The translations under genes were made by a program, and so were the position numbers. The notes below the pieces were generated by a model. It saw nothing but the letters and a program-made list of their open reading frames with translations. It was not told where the DNA came from and searched no databases. From the NCBI GenBank assembly GCA_950097015.1, contig CATNEN010000025.1, positions 8,680,001 through 8,744,000 of the forward strand: DNA of 64,000 bases. Direction: 5' to 3'. The first letter of the stretch is position 1. Every line of letters begins with the position of its first letter. Shown here in pieces: positions 49,047-61,394 of this stretch. Origin of the DNA: Macrostomum hystrix. Its lineage: Eukaryota > Animalia > Platyhelminthes.

Positions 49047-49864
49047 TGTAGTGTCAGCTTGTCATTTTTTCCTCATTTTCCCTACTTACTTCTTTTAGGA
49101 GGGGGGAGTGTAGTGTCAGCTTGTTTGCCCTTCTATCTCCCCGTGTTATTATTCAATACTTATTTTTAGACACGTGTGTTTTGCTAAAAGTCACCCATGC
49201 CAAGCCGGGCGGACCAGCCGGGGGAACGGACGCCCACCACCCCGCGAGCGCTACCCCTGGGCTACAGTCCCGGCCAATCAGCGAGCGACCCGGCCTCACT
49301 ACCTGTCTACCCTCGGCAAGAAGCTACCCCGGGGCTCAGAACGGCGGTCGCAAGTCTACTGTGATTTGTCGCCTTGGCTCAAGCTACAGCCAGGCATCCA
49401 CCTCGCCGATCGACCTAATTTGGGGTTAAAATGACTCTATAAAAGGAAGCGTGTTTTTGCAGTGACTTTTTTCGTTCTCCGCAATTCGCCTCACACTGTG
49501 AGAAGCACGTGCAAACCAGTCCACTTTGTTTTGTCTCTCCCCGCCCGACCACGCTCCGCTTGTTCAGTTAGGTAGCTTTCGGCGCTACGCGTCTTGAGAG
49601 TGCACCGCTGACAAGGGTGGTCTAGATAGGCGCTTGTTGTCGAAGTCAGTACGTGCTCTCTTCGGAGACTCCGCCGTCCGGCAGAAGGAGTGCCAACCGA
49701 TAGGATCTGCGGGGGCAGCGGGGGCGGCGGCTGTGTCGGCGGCGGCGGCGGCGGCTGTGTCGGCGGCGGCGGCGGCGGGTGACTTTTAGCAAAAAACACG
49801 TGTCTAAAAATAAGTATTGAATAATAACACGGGGAGATAGAAGGGCAAACAAGCTGACACTACA
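49047..49864. mobile_element. Non-autonomous TIR (MITE/foldback) element with TGT...ACA ends
   Basis: 88-bp inverted repeats at 49109-49196 and 49777-49864 (1 mismatch). An extra 16-bp terminus at 49047 has ATAA on both outer sides. GC-rich interior, no transposase. Confidence 0.85.
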
Positions 49865-50180
49865 ATAATGTGACCATGCCGGTTATTGTTGACTCTATTG
49901 TATTAAATCTATTGTTAATTATTTTATTTTTTTAAACCCAGGGACTACAAAATGCCTACAAGTATGAAACAATATGGATTCGCAATAACTCGTTGAGGTA
50001 TACACAGAGCAACATCCGTATGGAGGAATTTCACGAAAATTGGTCATCAGATTTGGGAGCTGTTTTGAAGTAGCCAGTGAGTAGTTGAAATAACCCGTGG
50101 TATAGGGGATAATAGCCTGGTCTTTCTACTGTTAACGATCATTGTTTGTAGTCTTTGCCTTCCCCTATAGACTAAAGACA

Positions 50181-50488
50181 GGGGGGTCGGTGGCAGAGCG
50201 GTTATCGCGTTTGCCTCTCGCACCAAGGTCCCTAAGTTCGATTCCAACCTTTAAGTCCCTAAGCCAACCTCCAAGGAACAGTGAGAGTGTACACTGCCCG
50301 ACGATGAGAAAGTCAGGGCAGATGTACACACCTGTGTGAGCGTATGCCTGCGTACAGTATCTGTGTGCGTGTGTGCTCAGGAGTCAGCGAAATGGGCAGA
50401 ATTGTCTCCTCGCTGGCTGCGGGTCTAGTGTCACTAAATCATGTGCCATTACCCGCTGCCCTCCGGAAATTATTATTATTATTATTAT
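50181..50488 (+). mobile_element. SINE family 1 with (ATT)n tail and target-site duplication
   Basis: A box TGGCAGAGCGG and B box GTTCGATTCC; flanked by TATAGACTA(A/G)AGACA on both sides. Confidence 0.9.
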
Positions 50489-51676
50489 AGACTAGAGACA
50501 CTTCTTAAATGATTAATCTCTAGCTGTGTGCCAGATTTTTTGTCTATGACTCAGATCGTTTAAATTCTAGCCAATAAAACGAATCACCACGCAGTTATTT
50601 AACAGCGATTGTTACGCGAGCGCTGGCAGGCTTTGGGCCGCTGATTATTTATGCATTGCAAAAGTTCAAGATGGCTATCAAAGCTCGTATCAAATTAATG
50701 GATTTCGAATCCATCATGACACGCTACTTCTGCAACGCACGGCTAGCAACAGATAAACATAATAAAGCATGCTACCTCCTTAATTTTTTGTTTAGTCTAA
50801 TTTGACATTCAAATCAATGTCCTTTGTACAACTGGGTTATAATGTCAACCCGACCCCGAACCCCTGTGGGAATGTGCACTGCCTGGCGATGAGAAATTCA
50901 GGGCTGATGCGCACCCCTGTACTTGTGTGCGCTTAGGGGTCAACGGAAGGGTCGACTGTCGCAAAAATGATGCGGCAGCAAACCCCCATTAGCGAGATGG
51001 ATGACAGGATACTGCGAGTAATTGCATGGCTTGTAATAAGAAGCTCGGCGTGTCACGAACGACAACTGAGACTGCATATCTGAACTCATGGCGCCCGCTA
51101 TTTCCTGAGTTTACAGACATTATCTTCGTGACTGTCCACATGAGCACTGCCTATCTACTTCCTCGAGTGAATTCTCGAGGCGCGCATAAATTTGATACTT
51201 GCTGCATTCGGTGGCACATTAGATAGATATAAGCGCCTGGAGTGGTAATTTAGCATTTCTCGGTCTAGCAAACACTCCAATCCACCCTGCATGCGCGACC
51301 TAGTTCTCCAACCAAACGGGGTGGGTGAATATCGAACTTTCGAAAGTTTTTATTTTTATTCTTATTTAAGCGCACACGCCATCGACAGGTGCTGATTTAT
51401 TTTATTTTTTTGGATACGGTAAATTAAATTATTCGACGAACAAAAAAACAAAAAAATAAAAGTATAGTAAAAATAATTTTTTGTTCGACAAAGGAAGCCT
51501 ATGGGAGCTTTAAAAAATGAGTAAAAGGCGCAAGGGACAACCGGAATCAAATCGAATATAATAATTATGATACGAAGGAACGAAGATATTAGGAACGAAG
51601 AACAATACATTGAAGATTCGACGCAAATTTTATCTGTTTACTTTTCCTTAGCAAAATTTTCTTTTGCAGCGTTAAA

Positions 51677-51848
51677 TTGCGCTCATACCCCGCGTTGCTG
51701 TTCAGCTGTGCCCAAGTCATTGCGCTCATACCCCGCGTTGCTGTTCAGCTGTGCCCAAGTCATTGCGCTCATACCCCGCGTTGCTGTTCAGCTGTGCCCA
51801 AGTCATTGCGCTCATACCCCGCGTTGCTGTTCAGCTGTGCCCAAGTCA
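51677..51848. repeat. 43-bp minisatellite, 4 copies
   Basis: Unit TTGCGCTCATACCCCGCGTTGCTGTTCAGCTGTGCCCAAGTCA. Confidence 0.95.
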
Positions 51849-53104
51849 GATGGAAAGCCGCGTCTGTGAGTGTACGTGTGCCTGGACGCCGTCTCCTCTG
51901 CAATGAACTAGTTCTTTAGAAATTAAATTTCTCCTCCCCGCAGAGAAAGCTTGTCTTTAGCGCTTCGCATGCAAGAAACGCTTCAAGCCGAAGCAGCTGT
52001 AGCTGATGAAGAAGATTAGAAAGACGTCAGTTGCTGGCAAAACAGTCGCTACGCTTGCTACGCTAGTAAAGAGAGACTATAAAAAGAGAAGGACATCCTA
52101 CCATCCTCCTAGAAGCGGCAGTTACGGCAGTTATTTCGGTTACACTCGGTTACTTCAGGACGATGGCAAACGCACGGAGTGGCATGTTTTATTGATGCTT
52201 CTAGGGCCCTCTGCATCAAAACATTTCTAGGTAGTAGAAGCAAGTCGAAATGTTCAATTTAATTTAGTGCTGAAAATCACCAAACGCTTTGCAGCTCTGA
52301 TCTTTCATGATCATAGTGGAATACCTCTTTCATTCTGGACTCACGCATCATAACTACCAGATTAGCATTGAGATCGTGTTGATCTCTGATGGAATATACG
52401 AGTATAATTTCTGAGCATTATCTGAAGAACTGGACTACTGTGGTTAGTAGTGTCTACAGAAAACTGTGCACTTCCACCCCGGAGACAATGGTTCTGATCG
52501 TGAGATAAGCCGAGGAACCCCACCAGTTGACTCCTAGCTGTTCAGCAAGCCGACTGTAAAGAATAGCTCGCTCAGTCGGACAAAAAATATTGCCAATCTG
52601 TGCTGCTCTGAGCAGTGACCCATGCTCTGCTCATGAACTGTCCGGATTACCTTCTCTGTGTGTCAAAGCAGCTTGAGGTGTCTTTCTTTACCAGTTGGAA
52701 GCAATCCCTCGCCTCAATGCAGGCCTCAAATCCGTCCCGTGAGCTGGCTGGCCTCGATGCCGTCTCCGAGGTGCCGGCACTGCCCGCAGCCGCGCCTCTG
52801 GACCGATTCCGCGCGCGATTTTCGCCTGCCTACTTTTCCTTCCGTCTGGCTGCCAACTCTCGCTTGACGCCGGGGCGTCAAGACGGCTTTGACGCCAGGA
52901 GGCGGTCATAAATCCCGCAAAAAAACTGCCCCGGCAGCCACCCCTCCGACAGGAACAGCCAGGCTGCAGCGCAACGAGGCGCGAACAAATGGCGGGCTCC
53001 CTCCAAAGCAGATAAGTAGGCGACAGCCTGCGAGGTCCCAGCTGAAAAAAATTCTTGAGCTAGAGGGACAACTGGTTTGCAGAGCAGAAAGAAAGGAGCA
53101 GAAA

Positions 53105-54412
53105 ATGAGCACTAGGATTCAGGACAATGGAACAGCGGTTCCAGCATTGAGAAGCTTTGGTGGTAACTCAACAGTGGAGCCGCCTCTGGAGTTCCTGATT
53201 GTCCGGCCGTTCACTCTGCTGTTGAACCTGTTTGGCACCGCTCTGTGCTCAACCGCTGTTGGCGTGTTCCACAAGAAGTACAGACTGACGCGAGACGCTT
53301 TTGAGTTCGGCCTCCTGCTGCTGCAGTGGCTGCAGGTGCTTTATTGCGGCATTGCCACCATCTTTGTAGCCATGGACCTGCTGATCTGCCTCACCCAGCT
53401 CAAGGACCATCCGCTGCTGCAGCACTCATTCTCGGTGAGATGACAGTTTATGCTGTACTGTGTAAAATACTGTAAGATTCTGAATGATTTTCTGAACTGA
53501 TACCAGAAATCTGGAACCTGCATTATCAAATATATATTTTAAATGAATTTTTAAATAATTCAGGTGTTCTACTCGCTAACCTGTGCCGCCTTGATTATGA
53601 AGAACCTGTGGACCCTATGCGTGTCCTGCTTCCGCTCGGCTGCCACAATTCGGCCGTTGGCCTTTCGCACCTTCCTGACTGTCCGCTTCCAGCTGGTGGT
53701 GTTCAGCCTCCTGCTGGCGCTGTCAGTCGGCTGCGGCCTGTTCTCCCTGGCCTGCAGCTACATTGTGCCCGAACCTGACAGGGAGCGAATCCAGATCAGC
53801 TACATGCTGCCCCTGATCCGCATCACTCAGTCCTACATCCCGGTCTTCGGCATCCTGGCCACCTCGTTGGTCCTGTCTAGCTACTTGCTGATGTACAGAC
53901 GCCGCGCCCGCCAGCTCAACATGTCGACCGCGGCTGGCCGGCGCAGCTTTCAACAGCAATCGGCACGAGCCACCTGCATCGTCCTCTGCTTGTCTCTGTC
54001 CTTCACCGCCTTTGAGGCACCCGGAGCCGTCGTCAGCCTGATGAAGAACCTCACCAAGACACAGATTAGCGTATTCTACATGCTGAGCGACATGCTGATC
54101 AGCCTAGACAGCAACTTCAACTTCTTTGTCTTCCTGGCCCTCAGCAGTAACTTTCGAGCCGCCCTGCTGTGCTCGCTGAGGCAGTGCTGCCACTGTTGCC
54201 TCGGCGCTAGAGGCGGCGGCGCCGGCGGGGCGACCTCCAATCATCACCTGTACGCTTCCGTGGCCGCCTCCAGTACGAGACATCGCGGTAAATGCGGCGC
54301 CGCGTCGGCTGCCACTGCCAGAGCCACTGTCTCCGGCGGCGAGGACGAGGAGGAGATCATCGAGCTGACGGCAGTGCATAATCGACGGCCGATGAACGCT
54401 GCGTCAGTCTAG
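53105..54412 (+). CDS. Divergent class A (rhodopsin-like, peptide-receptor-type) orphan GPCR, 2 exons, ~392 aa
   Basis: Exons 53105-53434 and 53564-54412 (tcg|gtgag...ttcag|gtg, phase 0). Seven hydrophobic segments, N-terminal sequons NGT and NST, TM3 end FRSAATIRPL, TM6 FEAP, TM7/helix 8 DSNFNFFVFLALSSNFR. The start codon could lie further upstream. Confidence 0.8.
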
Positions 54413-54849
54413 ATAATACAAAAATGACAATTTCTGAGATTTACTTTAAAGGACATGAACGTACTTTTATAGACATTTAAAGACAGACTCAGAAACTTAT
54501 TACAGGATGCGAGATGCACAATTCGATGAAACTGCTCGGTTGTTTGGAGTCGGCACAGCGTGTTTTCAGTTTCAAAGTTTGAATGTGTTAAAAAAAGCCA
54601 TTGCTTATGTCGCTTGTTTACAGTAACGCTCTAAGCGCCAGACATTTCGCTAGCTAATATTATCGACAATTTTTGCCTATATCCGCAGATATTGGTGCCA
54701 TAATATGTAGCTTCTGATAATTAAAATACATATGTCACGCCTAGGCTTACTGTAATTAGTCGCTTGGTGTTTTGCATTCGAAAAATGTGCGCACACTGCA
54801 ATTGTTATACTCAAAGTTTTTGTGAAAGGTGAGCTAGAGCACAGTCATT

Positions 54850-54960
54850 CATGAGCCGGACTCCAGAGGTCGGAGTTTCGAATCTCAGCCAGGAAAAAAA
54901 ATTGTGTCCTCGAGTAAGACGCATAATTTCCTATCGCTTCAGTCCACCCTGCTGCAACAT
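54850..54960 (+). mobile_element. SINE family 2 fragment
   Basis: GAGGTCGGAGTTTCGAATCTC..GTGTCCTCGAGTAAGACGCATAA..GCTTCAGTCCACCC resembles 56460-56560 (-). Confidence 0.55.
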
Positions 54961-55104
54961 GAATTTTTTATTTCGATACATACTCGTATATTATCGATAT
55001 AAACATTTGTCAATTGTTCTATGACGGGGAAGTGGGAGTTTAAACTCGAGGAAACTGGGGAACATGTGGCGGCATCAATTGTCGATTCACAGAGGGAAAT
55101 GAGT

Positions 55105-55452
55105 GGGTGTTAATTATCTATCCACTGAGGTGCAGGGTGTGTTAATTATCGATCCACTGAGGGGCAGGGTGGTTGTTTTTATCGATCCACTGAGGGGCAG
55201 GGTGTGTTAATTATCGATCCACTGAGGTGCAGGGTGTGTTAATTATCGATCCACTGAGGGGCAGGGTGTGTTAATTATCGATCGACTGAGGGGCAGGGTG
55301 TGTTAATTATCGATCGACTGAGGGGCAGGGTGTGTTAATTATCGATCGACTGAGGGGCAGGGTGTGTTAATTATCGATCGACTGAGGGGCAGGGTGTGTT
55401 AATTATCGATCGACTGAGGGGCAGGGTGTGTTAATTATCGATCGACTGAGGC
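55105..55452. repeat. 32-bp minisatellite, ~11 copies
   Basis: Unit GCAGGGTGTGTTAATTATCGATC(C/G)ACTGAGGG. Confidence 0.95.
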
Positions 55453-56276
55453 ACAGTGGTGGGTGTTTATGTTTTCTGAGAGACATGGGGTGAGTATACC
55501 ATGTGGGCTTCTGCAGCAGGCAATCTAGACAATTTGACACGAGAAACAAAATTTAATTTTAGCAAAATATCTGGCCCCTCCTTCCAAGAGTCGCCGATAA
55601 AATCAATAGCTCGAGGCCCATTCCCCACCTCCTGCCCTCAATCGATCATCCGATTCGAAGTCACAGGCATTGCTACTAAACCGACCGACTGTTTAGAAAG
55701 CTGCATGCTAAACGTCAGCAACGCTCCTACAACATGCTAATCGGATCAGAAGAAAGAGCTAGGGAAGAATAAATCACCTCCCTGGAGACCCGGGCAACAA
55801 TGCCTTTCTTCCGATTCGATAGAGAAGAAAATATAATAAAACAGAGACTTAGAAGAAGTGAAATTCCAGGGCCTGTTAATGCAATATTTAGACAGGCTGC
55901 CGATTCTGAATTTTAGACCTACGGATAACAACTGGGAGTGGGGCGCCCAGAGTCCGAGGTTCGAATCCGCATCGAGTCCACAGTGCGTTTGTACCCAAAG
56001 GCCTTTTTGAAAATAGAAGAGCGCCCCTGTCCTTTAGATGCTTTCAGTTTCATCAATACATGTATGTAATCCGTACAAGCCTTTATTTGCAAATTAACTT
56101 CGTATTCTCAACCAAAACTCACTATATAACACTGTGAGTAGCCAGTGCTACAAAAATAGCACCAGATTTTTTATTACCATAAGGGGCATTTAGTTGCTAA
56201 GAGGACGTTAAACTAGAGAATTCACCTGAATAGGAATCTACCTACTTATGAATCTACCTACCTATGAATCTACCTA

Positions 56277-56600
56277 ATAATAATAATAATTAATAATTGA
56301 TTACACCTGCCCCAATTGGGTCAGATGTGCAGCCGACAGCACAGCCGCAGCTAATGCGCGGCGCATCTGAAGGCTGCGTACAGCTGTTCAGTCCACGGAC
56401 TGGGGGGACGCCACACCCACCTTCAATTATCCCAGCTGATGCTGGTACCCATTTAACAGCTGGGTGAACTGAAGCAATGCAGAGTTAAGTGTCTTGCTAA
56501 AGGACGCAAATTGTTCCAGTGGAGTCGGGAATCGAACCCCCGACCTTCAAGTCGTGAGTCCGATGCCCTAACCACTAGGCTACAACCTCTTACTAGGCTA
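56277..56600 (-). mobile_element. SINE family 2, full length (tRNA head, conserved core, ATT tail)
   Basis: Minus strand: GTAGCCTAGTGGTTAGGGCATCGGACT..GGTCGGGGGTTCGATTCCC..GCAAGACACTTAACTCTGCATTGCTTCAGTTCACCCAGCTGTTAAATGGGTACC. Confidence 0.85.
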
Positions 56601-56635
56601 CAACCTCTTGTAGCTAACCTCTTGTACCTAATAAT

Positions 56636-57007
56636 ATAACAATAATAATAATAATAATTGCAGGAGGGCTGCGGGCAATGACAAATCATTTAGTGACACT
56701 AGACCCGCATCCAGCGAGGAGGCAATTCTGCCCATTTCGCTGACTCCTGAGCACACACGCACATAGATACTGTACGCAGGAACACGCTCACACAGGTGTG
56801 TACATCTGCCCTGACTTTCTCATCGTCAGGCAGTGTACACTCTCACTGTGCCTTGGAGGTTGGCCCTCAAGGGCGTAAATTGCACGACAAGCCCCCAAGC
56901 CTTCTCTCCGCGGCTGAGCCTAAAAAAATGTGGCCTCGCCGTGGAATCGAACTTAGGGACCGTGGTGTAAGAGTCAAACGCGTTAACCGCTCTGCCACCG
57001 ACCCCCC
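56636..57007 (-). mobile_element. SINE family 1, full length
   Basis: Reverse complement of the 50181 and 19243 copies, including the A box, B box and ATT tail. Confidence 0.9.
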
Positions 57008-57470
57008 TATGAATCTATCTACCATTGAATCTACCAAACTGTGAATCTATCTACCATTGAATCTACCAACCTGTGAATCTATCTACCTTTGAATCTATCT
57101 ACCATTGAATCTATCAAACTGTGAATCTATCTACCTATGAATCTATCTACCGTTGAATCTACCAAACAGTGAATCTATCTACCTATGAATCTATCTACCG
57201 TTGAATCTACCAAACAGTGAATCTATCTACCTTTGAATCTATCTACCATTGAATCTACCAAACTGTGAATCTATCTACCTTTGAATCTATCTACCGTTGA
57301 ATCTACCAAACTGTGAATCTATCTACCTTTGAATCTATCTACCGTTGAATCTACCAACCTGTGAATCTATCTACCTATGAATCTATCTACCATTGAATCT
57401 ACCAAACTGTGAATCTATCTACCTTTGAATCTTCCAAACTGTGAATCTATCTGCCTACATATGAATCTAC
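57008..57470. repeat. Composite TGAATCTA(TCTA)CC minisatellite
   Basis: Direct reading; the same motif occurs at 56235-56277. Confidence 0.9.
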
Positions 57471-59017
57471 CTCGAGTGAGACGTGTCTGTTTAGGTGCAT
57501 CTTAACTAGCAGATGACCATCTGGTCTAGTTAGAAGCAATTCTCAGTCATTCAGCCAGAATTGGTCTATGACCTAAACCGAATTGTTGAGTTCACACCTC
57601 AGCAGAGTTCAAACTACAGAGGGTGTCCGCAAAGCACAGAACTTACAGAACCTATTGGTAAGTTCTGTTCTTGTAGGTATCGAATTTTTACTAATTAGCG
57701 CACCGTACATACGATTTAAGACATCATGAAAAAAATTAAACGTTGGTTTGGTTTTCGGTAGATAATGCATTGTTGATTTAGCTCGTAAAGCAATAATATT
57801 TAACGTCAAGAAGCAGACGGACATAATAAAACAAACTCGCAGGATAAGTATTGGAAAAATTCTCTGAATGGGTATAGCAAATAATATAATTCAGTTGGTA
57901 AAAATAACAGTGCGCTGCAATGAAGGTGTTGCAGTCAGTTCAGTTCAGGAGCTGTTTGGCCGTGTCTGCATTGCAATCAATTAATAATTTCCGGGTTTGT
58001 TAGAAAAGAGTGAGACAAAAATCCTAACGAGGAAATGACACTCGCTCACAAAAGAACTATTAATTAAAATAATGTGATATAAAAATTCTATGTTTTAAAA
58101 GCATGCAAGCGATTAAAACAGTATATTTCAAGACATTCTTGCAGTTTAGGGAGTAAATAAGTTAAAATGAAGCATTATAGTTAAACGATTCGAAGAATAA
58201 TCAAACCTTACATATGAACAATTGTAGCACATTGGAAACACTTTAGGCGATAGTACATTCAGAGAAAGCTACTTATAGTACAGTAGTTTCATTAGGGATC
58301 GAGAGAAATCACAAAACTCAGTCTTGCAATTCGATTGCCTGTCGTAATAGAAGGTGAGTCAATCAACATAGTATAGAATGAAAACTGTCTCGCAATCCTT
58401 GGAAAAGGTTTTAATTTTACATTTTCCTAGAATTATGAATCCAATTCTCAGCAGTTAAAAATTATCGAATTACTGACAGGCATCGTTAAGAAGTAGTACT
58501 TAACTTCGCTATAATTGAAGTGCGTCAAAGTTATTCGTTAAATATTTCCGATTGACGTAAGTTTAATTATAGGTAATTGTTACCAATTCTTTCTACTTAG
58601 TGTTAATCGCTTAAATAAAATGCTCAAGTCATTCTTTATATTCTAAATTTATTTATTAAGCGTAAAGAATATATTACTAACGCTTAATAAATGACATACA
58701 AAACTTTAATTCTATGTTGAAAATTAATAAAATTAAATATTTACTAAAGATGAGACGAAAATATTTACAATTTGATATGTAGTGGGCTTTTAATATAAAC
58801 TTAAGTTTTTTTTTTAAACGATTTTACCCGCCAATGTCCTGAAAATGAAGCGAGGTATGTTGCCCTGCTCCTCGAGTTGGGCTTCAGCTAAGTAAGAAAA
58901 CTATACTCATACTCATGAGAAGATAAAAACATGAATTAGCTTCCCAAACGGAAATCCTAAATGAATGTCAGTGCCAGTCCTCGACAAGGTGGCAGGTGTT
59001 CAATGTGTTCTTCATCT

Positions 59018-60514
59018 TCATGGACTCGCCGGTGGCATCTGGCGACGCCGGAGTCGCTCCGTCGCCGCTTCGTCGTCGCCGCCGTTGCAGCAGGCCAGGA
59101 TGCGACGCCGCAGACGTTCGCGCCGAGTTCGGCCAGTCAGCACGAAGGGCCGCAGCGAATCGTCTGGCGCCGGGGGTGGCACCACGTTGAACTCGAGTTC
59201 AGCTGCCGCCAGGTAGTCGTGCATGTTGTCGCTCTCGCTGCCTGGTGACTTCTTCAGCCACTCCATGGACGGCTCGCTCAGGCCCTCCGGGTAGTGGGGT
59301 GCCGACTGGCCCTCCACGCAGCGAGACGAGATCTGGAACGGAGGCGGAGGATGAAGCATTTCATTAAGTTCTGGGATCGCGTTAGCAGTAGAAAGACCAT
59401 TGGGTTGTTTCAGTTTGCCCACATTTTTCTTTTTTCTGCATCCGCCAAAATATTCAACCAATCACCATGAAGTCCAGAGCTAAAAGTTTCCACTCTATTC
59501 GATGAAACAACTTCCATAATCACAAAGGGGCGAATTCCCTGTGGTCTTCCCCAGGGGCGAATTCCCTGTGGTCTTCCCCAGGGGCGAATTCCCTGTGGTC
59601 TTCCCCAAGGGCGAATTCCCTGTGGTCTTCCCCATGGGCGAATTCCCTGTGGTCTTCTCCAGGGGCGAATTCCCTGTGGTCTTCCCCAGGGGCAAATTCC
59701 CTGTGGTCTTCCCCAGGGGCGAATTCCCTGTGGTCTTCCCCAGGGGCGAATTCCCTGTGGTCTTCCCCAGGGGCGAATTCCCTGTGGTCTTCCCCAGGGG
59801 CGAATTCCCTGTGTTCTTCCCCAGGGGCGAATTCCCTGTGGTCTTCCCCAGGGGCGAATTCCCTGTGGTCTTCCCCAGGGGCGAATTCCCTGTGTTCTTC
59901 CCCAGGGGCGAATTCCCTGTGGTCTTCCCCAGGGGCGAATTCCCTGTGGTCTTCCCCAGGGGCGAATTCCCTGTGTTCTTCCCCAGGGGCGAATTCCCTG
60001 TGGTCTTCCCCAGGGGCGAATTCCCTGTGGTCTTCCCCAGGGGCGAATTCCCTGTGGTCTTCCCCAGGGGCGAATTCCCTGTGGTCTTCCCCAGGGGCGA
60101 ATTCCCTGTGTTCTTCCCCAGGGGCGAATTCCCTGTGGTCTTCCCCAGGGGCGAATTTCCTGTGGTCTTCCCCAGGGGCGAATTCCCTGTGTTCTTCCCC
60201 AGGGGCGAATTCCCTGTGGTCTACTGTTAATGTCGAGTCTCTGAATGCCTAGGAATCGATTGGTTTCTAAAAATAGTTGCATTTCTTAAAGCCGTGCAGT
60301 TGCAAAGACGCATTCTATTCAGTAATATTTTAATTTGTACGATTACATTCTTTACATTTCAAGCAACAATTCTTCTAATTTCAAAGTGTAGCAGTGCTCA
60401 GCTCACCTCCAGGTTGTAGTCCAGAATCTCGGACGTGTGAAAATCTTCGTCATCGTCTCCGAAGGGATTCATAACGCACATAGCCACCTTGAGCCAGCCC
60501 ATCAGAAAGAGGAA
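59018..60514 (-). CDS. BEST: Bestrophin chloride channel, last two exons only (60514-60407, 59332-59018)
   Basis: [36 protein letters not shown] is the bestrophin TM4 and acidic Ca-clasp signature. The intron after NLE lies at the position conserved in bestrophins. Acceptor cttttcttctaaattggccag|. Upstream exons were not recognised. Confidence 0.88.
59527..60225. repeat. 27-bp minisatellite, ~26 copies, in the last bestrophin intron
   Basis: Unit CAGGGGCGAATTCCCTGTG(G/T)TCTTCCC. It abuts a copy of the dispersed repeat (59365-59525). Confidence 0.98.
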
Positions 60515-61394
60515 CTGGCCAATTTAGAAGAAAAGTTCGCCCAGTCGGCCACACTGACCGTGCTGTCCCCTAGACTCAATCAGCAGCTAGACGAGCTCTA
60601 CGAAAAGGTCAACGGCGCGGCGGGTTGCGTCGCCCTGGACGCCGTTCAACGCAGTCCACGCTGGGAGCTGGTTCGCCTTTTGTTGCTAGCCATTCGCAGC
60701 ATCAGCAGCCTCAGCAGCTTCAGTCGCATTACAATAGTCTTCAGCACACGCATCATTCAGATGTTCAGCTTCCTGATTCTCAGCTGCAGCAATTGCAACA
60801 GCAGCAGCAGCATCAACAGCAGCATCAGCAGCAGCTGCTGCCAATTCCTTCGCCGCGCATTCTATGGCAAGGCACTTTCGAGTTTACCAAATCCGCCACC
60901 AGAATGTCCTTCCAGCTGCCAGTTCGCTTCGTGGAGATTCTGTCGGCGCCTGATCAGCCGCCAAATCCTTGGAGCTTTCATCATTTTGAGCAGAACAAGC
61001 AAACCGCCAGTTGTGCAATTCTAAAGCCGGAACTTCATCCCACTGTCGAGGATCACTTTCGCAAATATCCCAGCTTGTAGAGTGCAGAATTACGGTACTA
61101 TTTATTTTAACCAATCATGCGCTAACTACTCTACTGATCCGCTTAGTAGTATTTTTAGAAAATGCGAATTAGAAAACATACAAGTACAACATGTGATTCA
61201 TTTTGCCAAAAAAGGAGAATCGAATCAATCAAAAATCATGTGACTACTATTAATAGTATCCAATCAATTTTTATGTCATAAGCAACCAGCGATCCCACCA
61301 ATCATGTTACCCAAAATCAATCAAAAGGTCAAGAAAGCGATAATCCATCTTTTTGCGCTTCTACTAGTTTAGTTGTAAAAAGTCTAACCTCTCA

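Noticed and set aside
50285-50335. Hairpin in the SINE1 body containing CGACGATGAGAAAG, resembling a hammerhead or SECIS core
   Set aside because: There is no stem II between the boxes and no SECIS non-Watson-Crick quartet geometry. It is a simple stem-loop.
56515-56590. tRNA gene-like sequence (also the heads at 50181 and 56940-57007)
   Set aside because: Arms pair poorly and the sequence continues into a SINE core and ATT tail, so these are SINE heads.
60524-60886. TAA/TAG read as Gln (alternative code or readthrough) in the bestrophin frame
   Set aside because: More than 2500 codons of other genes in the window contain no internal TAR, TAG is used as a normal stop, and a good acceptor at 60515 excludes the stops from the exon.
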